The translations under genes and the position numbers were made by a program. A stretch of 64,000 nucleotides of DNA from an uncultured Candidatus Saccharibacteria bacterium (lineage in GTDB: Bacteria > Patescibacteriota > Minisyncoccia > Phycocordibacterales > UBA1006), in assembly GCA_964350165.1 (NCBI GenBank), contig CAYGJA010000001.1, positions 86,823-150,822 of the forward strand. The letters are read 5' to 3'. Positions 57,084-64,000 of the stretch are shown here, in pieces. The notes below the pieces were generated by a model. That model did no database searches and was not told the origin of the DNA. It worked only from the letters and a program-made list of their open reading frames with translations. Positions within the stretch are counted from its first letter, which is position 1, and each line of letters begins with the position of its first letter.

Positions 57084-59072
57084 CTAGAGACCCTTCAAAA
57101 GTTCCAACAATTCATTTTCGACCTCTTCGATCTCGCTTTCGATCGCTTCTAGTGCGCGCGGTGGTTCGTAGGTATAGAAATACCGCGTAAATGGGATTTC
57201 ATATCCAACGACGCCAATCTCGCCGTCTTTTTCGTCACGCTTTGATTCGTCGATCCATGCGTCTGGTACATACGGCTTTACCTCACATTCGAAATATTCG
57301 TCTACATCGGTACCAAATGGTACGTTTTCATGATCACGGAGAGTGCTGTCTGCTTCTGGATTCCCGTCTTTGTCGGTGCAGATATCTGCATTTTCGTCAC
57401 GCTCCGACAGAGCGTTCAGAATTGCTTTTTTGACGGGTGATTTTAGTTTTAAATCTTTGGTATGTTTTTCAAATACTTTCAAGAACTCTTCGCGATTAGT
57501 GAACAGCTGGGTGCTTGGGAAATTGTGCAGCGATTCCAAAATCACCTCTTTCTCTTTTGGGTTTAGTTTCTCAAACGCTTTCTCCTCCTTCAAAAGCTCG
57601 ACACGTTCTGGTGAGGCTTGAAAATTCAGGCGAAGTGGTCGCTCGATCGTTACCTTGCGATAAGCAAAGTCTGTTGTGTTAAAAATCTTTGAATGTTCGG
57701 TTTCCTTGAAGTCTTCGTATAATTTGATGATTTTTTCTCGTGCTGTTTCGTCGACTTCTTTCCTTTTTTGTCCGAGGCTCTTTCGCATTTTTTTGTACAT
57801 TTCGCGGGCATCGATCAGCTGGACTTTGCCCTTGCGTTCGGTCGCCTTCTTGTTCGAAATGAACCACAGATACGTATTGATTCCGGTGTTATAGAACAGC
57901 TGGTCTGGCAAAGCCACAATGGCTTCCAAGAGGTCCTTTTCCAAAATCCAACGGCGAATTTCGCTTTCGCCACTACCGGCATCGCCTGTAAATAGCGGGG
58001 ATCCATTGTGAACGATTGCCAGCCGAGCACCACCGTCAGAAGCGGGCTTCATCTTTGCGATTAGGTGCTGTGTAAACAGCAGCTGTCCATCCGACACGCG
58101 TGGCGTGCCGGCGCCAAAACGCCCAGCATAGCCACGCTTTGCCTCACGTTCGACAGCGTCTTTGTCTTTTTTCCAGTCAGTACCGTAGGGTGGATTACTG
58201 AGACCATAGTCAAAGACCTCGCCAAAAAACTGATCGTTGGCCAGGGTGCTGGCCTTGGAGTGGTCTTTTTCGCCACCCCGAATCAGGTCGGCGTTCTCTC
58301 CCTTGATCAGCATGTCTGATTTTGCAATTGCGTACGAAACAGAATTCAATTCTTGGCCATACAGATAAATCGCGGCTTGTTTGTTGATTTGCCCATGAAC
58401 GTATTCTTTGGCAAGGGTTAGCATGCCGCCGGTACCGCAAGCAGGGTCATAGACTTTTTTGATCACGTGCGGGTTTGTGAGGTCTTTTTTGTCCGGGTTA
58501 AAAAGAAGTGGCACCATCAGTGCGATCACATCGCGCGGCGTATAATGCTCCCCTGCTGTCTCGTTAGACATTTCAGAGAATTTTCGTAGTAATTCTTCAA
58601 AGATGGCACCCATTTCATGGCTATCTACCTGGGATGGGTGGAGGTCAACCTTGTTGAGCTCTTGGATAATCAAATAGAGTAAATTCCCACCTTCGAGGCG
58701 TTCGATTTGTTTATCAAAATCAAATTTTTCGATGATATCGCGAATATTCGAGCTATAATCGTTCAAATATTTTTTGAAATTTTTTGTGATATTGCGTGGA
58801 TCTTCGGTGAGTTTTTTGAAGTCATACTCAGATACATTGAAAAAATCATAGCCAGAAGTCTTTTTGAGAATAGGTTCCAGGTCTTTTACTTTTCCCGACC
58901 ACTGATGGTAGTGATCCAAAACTTTCGCCTTGGTTCCGGACAGGACACTATCAAGTCGCTTGATAACCACAAGGGGCAGAATAACGTCGGCATATTCATG
59001 CTGTTTCCAGCCGCCACGCAGAATGTCCGCGATGTTCCATATCATTGAAGTTTTTTGTTGAAAGTTTTCCAT
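57084..59072 (-). CDS. hsdM: Type I R-M N6-adenine DNA methyltransferase subunit
   Basis: GEHYTPRDV, VYDPACGTGGML (motif I) and LSNPPYG (NPPY motif IV). Confidence 0.9.
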   Translation of the reverse strand: MENFQQKTSMIWNIADILRGGWKQHEYADVILPLVVIKRLDSVLSGTKAKVLDHYHQWSGKVKDLEPILKKTSGYDFFNVSEYDFKKLTEDPRNITKNFKKYLNDYSSNIRDIIEKFDFDKQIERLEGGNLLYLIIQELNKVDLHPSQVDSHEMGAIFEELLRKFSEMSNETAGEHYTPRDVIALMVPLLFNPDKKDLTNPHVIKKVYDPACGTGGMLTLAKEYVHGQINKQAAIYLYGQELNSVSYAIAKSDMLIKGENADLIRGGEKDHSKASTLANDQFFGEVFDYGLSNPPYGTDWKKDKDAVEREAKRGYAGRFGAGTPRVSDGQLLFTQHLIAKMKPASDGGARLAIVHNGSPLFTGDAGSGESEIRRWILEKDLLEAIVALPDQLFYNTGINTYLWFISNKKATERKGKVQLIDAREMYKKMRKSLGQKRKEVDETAREKIIKLYEDFKETEHSKIFNTTDFAYRKVTIERPLRLNFQASPERVELLKEEKAFEKLNPKEKEVILESLHNFPSTQLFTNREEFLKVFEKHTKDLKLKSPVKKAILNALSERDENADICTDKDGNPEADSTLRDHENVPFGTDVDEYFECEVKPYVPDAWIDESKRDEKDGEIGVVGYEIPFTRYFYTYEPPRALEAIESEIEEVENELLELLKGL

Positions 59073-59086
59073 ACACCTTTTGTTTC

Positions 59087-60223
59087 TTAATCAATAAATA
59101 AGTCTACGTACTCTTTGAGGTAAAAGATGCGATCTTTTTTCATACCGGTTTTCTCTTTGAGAATATTCAGATCGACCAGTTCTCGTACTAATTTGGAAGC
59201 CGTAGGGAAGCTCACCGACAGCATGCTCTCGACTTCGCGAATAGTAAACATGGGGCGAGAAAATGCTTGCCGCAGGAGCTCCTTGGCGTTGATTTGCTTT
59301 TGTGGGGTCATACTAGAGGTGATAAGAGACTCATAGCGGGCTCGCAAATCTATGATTCGCTCGAGAGTTTCGCGTGCATTTTTTGCGGTTTGTGCAATCC
59401 CATTTAGAAAGAACTTGAGCCAGTGCTCGATGTCGTTGGATTCGCGGACACGCGAGAGTGCGTCATAGTATTGTGGACGATGCTTTTCAAAGTAGTCTGA
59501 TATGTAGAGCGTAGGTTTTTGTAGGATACCAAGGCTGATCAGGTGCAAAACAATAAGCAGTCGCCCGATACGTCCGTTACCGTCTAGGAATGGGTGGATG
59601 GTCTCAAATTGGTAGTGGCTTATACCAATGCGGACAAGATCAGGAATGCCGAGGTCGTTGTTGTGCCAAAACCTTTCTAAATCTGACAAATAATCAGACA
59701 CACCCATGTGGTGTGGAGGAATAAAAACAGCATCCGCCAGCGAAGATCCTCCAATCCAGTTTTGGCTTGTGCGAATCTCGCCCGGGTGCTTGCTAAAGCC
59801 CCGAACCCCTGAAAGCAGGTGCTTGTGTGCCCCCTTGAGAAGACGAACCGAAAGCGGCAAGCGATCGAGTTCTTGTGTGGCAAAATTAATAGCCTTTACG
59901 TAGTTCTGCACCTCTTCCCAATCGTCTCGTTTTTCGGGATCAATTTCGATTTCAGGAAGCAAGGCTTCGTCGAACTTGGTTTGCGTTCCTTCGATCATGC
60001 TTGAGGTGGTGGCCTCTTTAGCGATATGCATTTTAATAAAGAAATCTACGTCTGGAACCAGTTTAGAGTAGGCGTTGAGTTCACCAAGATAGCGCATTGC
60101 CGAAGCCAAAAGCAGGTCGATCTGGGGATCGTGCCAGACAAAACCTTGATTGACCAGCGATGGCTCAAAACTTTTGTATTGCTCTCGCTGAATATGCGTT
60201 CCTGCCTTAAATTTCTTAGACAT
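59087..60223 (-). CDS. fic: Fic/DOC family protein (AMPylation-type HPFxDGNGR motif) with a C-terminal wHTH
   Basis: HPFLDGNGRIGRLL. It is the first gene of the hsdM-hsdS-hsdR transcription unit. Confidence 0.8.
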   Translation of the reverse strand: MSKKFKAGTHIQREQYKSFEPSLVNQGFVWHDPQIDLLLASAMRYLGELNAYSKLVPDVDFFIKMHIAKEATTSSMIEGTQTKFDEALLPEIEIDPEKRDDWEEVQNYVKAINFATQELDRLPLSVRLLKGAHKHLLSGVRGFSKHPGEIRTSQNWIGGSSLADAVFIPPHHMGVSDYLSDLERFWHNNDLGIPDLVRIGISHYQFETIHPFLDGNGRIGRLLIVLHLISLGILQKPTLYISDYFEKHRPQYYDALSRVRESNDIEHWLKFFLNGIAQTAKNARETLERIIDLRARYESLITSSMTPQKQINAKELLRQAFSRPMFTIREVESMLSVSFPTASKLVRELVDLNILKEKTGMKKDRIFYLKEYVDLFID

Positions 60224-60389
60224 GACAAAATACTAGCACTTTAATATAAAAATTGCAAATTAAAGATTTACTGTAAAAAATTTAATTTGTATTAACTAAA
60301 TTAAACATTTATTTTCCCACAAAAACATCTTGACGGGCCCCAGTGCACACACCCGACCCAGAAAAGGCCAGATCTTGTATACTTTGACC

Positions 60390-60971
60390 ATGAACATAAA
60401 AATAATCTTTGCGGTTATTGCCGGAGGCTTGGCTATTGCTGGCAATGTCCCCTACATGCGCGACATGTTCCGGGGGCGCATTACGCCGCATCCATATACG
60501 TGGTTTATCTGGTCTATTGTGTCGGGGGTAACGCTAGCTGGCCAAATCACCAAAGGCGCCGGCTGGGCTACGATTGCTTTTGCTTCATCAGAAGTCTTTA
60601 CCGTTCTGATTTTCTTGTTTTCCCTTCGGTATGGATTCAAAAACATTCCCAAGCGCGACACGTATTATCTGGTCTTTGCGCTGTTGGGTATTATTCCCTG
60701 GCTGGTCACCAATGACCCGACGTGGTCAGTGGTTATTATGGTGGCTATTGATTTGGTGGCCTTTATTCCGACCCTCCGCAAGGCCTGGGAACAACCCAAA
60801 ACCGAGAATTATCTGCTGTATGGATCCAATGCCCTGCGGCACAGTTTTGCCTTGGTCGCCCTGTCTTCCTATAACGTCGCCACCATGTTGCACTCGATTG
60901 CTATGATTGCCACCAATACGACCATGACGGCCTTTATCCTGCGCAAGAAAAAGAAACCGAAAAAAGCTTGA
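60390..60971 (+). CDS. Hypothetical polytopic membrane protein (about 6 TM) with a lysine-rich C-terminus
   Basis: The start is taken at the MNIKIIFAV Met; the ORF track begins at 60330. No confident family. Confidence 0.45.
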   Translation: MNIKIIFAVIAGGLAIAGNVPYMRDMFRGRITPHPYTWFIWSIVSGVTLAGQITKGAGWATIAFASSEVFTVLIFLFSLRYGFKNIPKRDTYYLVFALLGIIPWLVTNDPTWSVVIMVAIDLVAFIPTLRKAWEQPKTENYLLYGSNALRHSFALVALSSYNVATMLHSIAMIATNTTMTAFILRKKKKPKKA

Positions 60972-61101
60972 CAAAATATCTAAAAAGTGCTATTATATAA
61001 GTATTGGAGAAAGGGTCATTTGCCCGTCGCAACTTGGGCGCCACCCACTCCAAAAAAAGCGGGCACCAGGCCACCGCCACACAGGCCACGGCCCGCAACA
61101 A

Positions 61102-61140
61102 AAAAGCCCCTTTTGTCATTTCGACAGGGGCTTTTCTTTT
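61102..61140 (+). terminator. Intrinsic terminator
   Basis: aaaaagcccc-ttttgtcatttcgaca-ggggcttttctttt. Confidence 0.55.
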
Positions 61141-61258
61141 GGGTGATTTTTGTAAACATCCGCCATTTCCCAGTCATCCACAACAAATGATAGTAGCGAC
61201 AAAAAAACAGCTTTTCACTTGTTACAATAGGCAACGTTATTAATTTTTTGTTTTTGTT

Positions 61259-61654
61259 ATGAAAAAAATACTTACTGGTTCACTTTTGGTCTTGGGATTT
61301 TTTGGTCTGATGCTCTCTATCACTAGCCCGGCAGCCGCCACTAATCCGAGTGTTTCGTCTATCACTGTTGGTAAAGGCGAATTTGTTGATGTTCAGGTTG
61401 AACTCGAAAACGTTGGGTCCTATGACGGAAGCTTGTTTTCAGTAGACCTCAGCTTCCCTGCAGATTTTCACCAAATATCTGGAGGAACTGTCGAAGGAGA
61501 AACCGGCTTGCTAGTTGATAGCGAATTGAGTCTGAATATCTCAGAAGAAGTCGGTGAAGACGTTCTGGTTTCGTATACTGTGTTTTACGAAGAAGAAGAG
61601 ATTGCTTCTGGTGAAATGCGGGCACCAATCAATACACCATTTCAACCATCATAA
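61259..61654 (+). CDS. Hypothetical secreted protein with a signal peptide
   Basis: MKKILTGSLLVLGFFGLMLSITSPAAA followed by an acidic about 100-aa mature region. Confidence 0.5.
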   Translation: MKKILTGSLLVLGFFGLMLSITSPAAATNPSVSSITVGKGEFVDVQVELENVGSYDGSLFSVDLSFPADFHQISGGTVEGETGLLVDSELSLNISEEVGEDVLVSYTVFYEEEEIASGEMRAPINTPFQPS

Positions 61655-61679
61655 GGTCTCTCTAGATAAGCTATTAACA

Positions 61680-61710
61680 CAAAAACCGCCCTCCAAGGCG
61701 GTTTTTGTGT
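61680..61710. terminator. Bidirectional intrinsic terminator
   Basis: aaaaaccgcc-ctccaa-ggcggttttt sits between convergent genes. Confidence 0.6.
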
Positions 61711-61892
61711 AGTCGCTAGTTATCCCCGCGCGTTCTATAGCTATCAGTGTCTGTAGGGGTATACACGCCAAGTCTCTGAAATGGGCTTTTCTTTTGGGTG
61801 ATTTTTATTTTTATATACCGGTACAAATATTATTTTTTGCAAAAAAAACAGACTCCGGGATAAGGAGCCTGCTTGTCTTTTGTGGAGGGGGG

Positions 61893-64000
61893 CTACAGCC
61901 TCCCTTGGTCGATACTCCTGATTGCTTGGAGTATTTTTTGAACTCGGCCAATGTTAGCAGTGCTTCTGTTTATACCAACACCGGCCATGGATTTGAGCTC
62001 GCTTATGAGCTCATTTATTTCGACGACTTGCGGCCGCCAGACCGCAGCCTCAAACTGTCTTTCGACAGATTGCTGTCTGGAGGTGTGGGCTATTGAAAAA
62101 CCCAAATTCTGAGGCAACAACTCTATCGCGCTAATCAACTCAGGATAATCAGCGATCCTGGCACTAGCTGCGTCAGCGTCAGCGGGGACATACATCTCTA
62201 GATACTGAATATACTCAGCGTATATCCAGTCAAAATGGTACGCCGCTGGTCTCAAAAAGCTCCTGATGGCTACGTCAATCTGTCTCTCGAATCCAATCTC
62301 ATAAATCGGAAAAGACAGCACGTTGAGATACACCCGCAACAATTCCTGCCTGGCTGCCTCAACCTCTAGGGGGTTTTGGCCGTTTGTGGAAGCCTCAATC
62401 AGCCTCCAATACCTCGGACGGAGGACTGGGTCGGCAAGCACTCCGCTAGAGAATTCTCCAGCTTCTGCCTGAAAGAAAACTCCATGGAGAGCCTCGAGGA
62501 GCCTCAGAAAATTTTGACCGGCCTCAGCCGACAAATTCCTGGCTGGCTTCACATGCCAAGCCTCGCTGCCCGCCCCAAATCCCTCTTCCCGGAACAGGCC
62601 CAGATGGCGATACAGCCACCCTTCTGCTTCCTTATCGACAAGCACCGCGTTGAAATCGCGTTGCGTTTTATTTAGGATCTCCCCGAGACGCTCCCTAAAG
62701 GTGGCGATGTTTACCTCCTCCTGGAACTGGAGCGCTAGTTCCACAAAACCCAAGAATAGTTTGGGGTCATTTTCTATAACCTCTGCCATTGCCTGGGTGG
62801 GGGCCTCGTCTCTAAAAATTGATTCGAGAACATCTGCGTATAATTCGGTATGAACTAACCGCAGAGGCTCGGCTTTTTCTTGCCATATCTCAAAGATCCT
62901 ATTTCGAATCTCTGGACTCGATAGCTCCCACTCTGCTCGAGAGTTGGCACCTTGAGATTCGATAATCATTCTCACATCTTCCTCTCCGCGAACCCCCCTG
63001 ACAACGACCAGGGTTAAGGAATTCCCGTGATGGTCAACTCCCGTAAAAGCAACAGCCAAAGTGCTGTTTGTTTCTTCTGCCACTACGCCCCACTGTATAT
63101 CGGGGTACTGGTCTTGGGTCTGGAACGCAACGGAGCTGCGATACATATCTCCAAACCTCCCCCCCATCGTTCCGAGTGCTGGCCGGCTCCCATCGGGAGT
63201 CCAATCAAGAGAGAGAACTCCGCTTAGAATGTCCTCGAACCTATCCATCATCAGGTTCAGTTTCTCTAATCTTCCAACATCACGAAGAAGAGTAAAGATA
63301 TCTCCGGGTTCTGGTTCTGGCTCTGGCTCCCCAAAAGCACTGGTTTGACTCGCCCAGTGCTTTGCATCGGCGAACTTTTCTGCTCCGCCCATCAGGTCAA
63401 ACAAGTCCCCATAGGTGGAGACGTAATAACCCAAGACCAGCGCAATTGCCTGACCAAGCTCTTGGCTGACCTTGATTTGTTGCCAGGGCTGCGTATTTGT
63501 TCGCCCCGGAGAGAGTCTTTCGGCCAATCGCTCCGCCTGCTGTTTGGCCGAGCTCTTGGCTTTCTCTGCCATTTTCTTTATTTTTTCCCAAACCTTTTCG
63601 CCTTGTCCGGGCTCTTTGGGCTCTTTGGGCTCTTCTTTGGGGCCACCAGCTTGTTCTCCAAACTGACGCACCTCTTCGGCCACAAGATAACCCAAGAGTC
63701 CGCCAATGCCCCTTTCGAGATAAGCTTGAGCATCCTCGTCTGGCTGATCGGCCAGATCGTCACGAATCTGCTCCGAAAGCAAGGTTGTTGCCGTTGCAAA
63801 AGTCGCAGCAGTTAGGGCTTCGTAGCCCCTTCTGAGAGGGTCGCCCTTTATTGCTCCTGAATTTTTGACGGCTAAATAAGTCAACATGGCCGAGACGGCC
63901 CATACAGAGAATTCCTGCAGGGCCAATACAGAAGCCTGGGGACCAACAGGGATGGCCCCATACAGATAGTTGTCTCTGTTCTGTAGAGACAACTGTTTGT
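61893..64000 (-). CDS. Large hypothetical protein of at least 699 aa with EPK/EP low-complexity repeats; the 5' end probably continues beyond the window
   Basis: Long ORF running to the window edge, containing EPKEPKEPGQGEK and GEPEPEPEPGD repeats and a hydrophobic segment near the N-terminal end of the visible part. Confidence 0.5.
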   Translation of the reverse strand, partial: KQLSLQNRDNYLYGAIPVGPQASVLALQEFSVWAVSAMLTYLAVKNSGAIKGDPLRRGYEALTAATFATATTLLSEQIRDDLADQPDEDAQAYLERGIGGLLGYLVAEEVRQFGEQAGGPKEEPKEPKEPGQGEKVWEKIKKMAEKAKSSAKQQAERLAERLSPGRTNTQPWQQIKVSQELGQAIALVLGYYVSTYGDLFDLMGGAEKFADAKHWASQTSAFGEPEPEPEPGDIFTLLRDVGRLEKLNLMMDRFEDILSGVLSLDWTPDGSRPALGTMGGRFGDMYRSSVAFQTQDQYPDIQWGVVAEETNSTLAVAFTGVDHHGNSLTLVVVRGVRGEEDVRMIIESQGANSRAEWELSSPEIRNRIFEIWQEKAEPLRLVHTELYADVLESIFRDEAPTQAMAEVIENDPKLFLGFVELALQFQEEVNIATFRERLGEILNKTQRDFNAVLVDKEAEGWLYRHLGLFREEGFGAGSEAWHVKPARNLSAEAGQNFLRLLEALHGVFFQAEAGEFSSGVLADPVLRPRYWRLIEASTNGQNPLEVEAARQELLRVYLNVLSFPIYEIGFERQIDVAIRSFLRPAAYHFDWIYAEYIQYLEMYVPADADAASARIADYPELISAIELLPQNLGFSIAHTSRQQSVERQFEAAVWRPQVVEINELISELKSMAGVGINRSTANIGRVQKILQAIRSIDQGRL

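Overview
This 64-kb window looks like chromosomal DNA from a small-genome, Gram-positive-like or CPR/Patescibacteria-like bacterium. That assignment is an inference from gene content and style, including a T-box leader, a short AlaRS, a cysteine-less L36 and many A-run/hairpin/T-run terminators. Coding density is high, and most of the window is housekeeping genes: atpD-atpC, rsmI, ctpA, rplI, rpmA, engB, gltX, a murG-ftsW-mraY dcw fragment, a dacA-like PBP, scpB-scpA, aspS with a T-box leader, trpS, dnaB, recR, rplU, corA, cysS, the dnaJ-dnaK-grpE operon, a ribosomal/rpoA cluster (infA-rpmJ-rpsM-rpsK-rpsD-rpoA-rplQ, then rplM-rpsI) and alaS. The clearest accessory region is a defence island at about 51.0-60.2 kb: fic - hsdM - hsdS - an unknown zinc-ribbon gene tightly embedded between hsdS and hsdR - hsdR - mrr. 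Other regions worth a second look are a three-gene lipid module (AAR-like reductase + PlsC-like acyltransferase + unknown), a tandem pair of paralogous genes sharing a duplicated G-rich 5' region, several candidate RNA elements, and a 620-bp gene-free convergent region. No rRNA, tRNA or CRISPR array was recognised. Coordinates of non-ORF elements were counted by eye and may be off by 1-2 nt.
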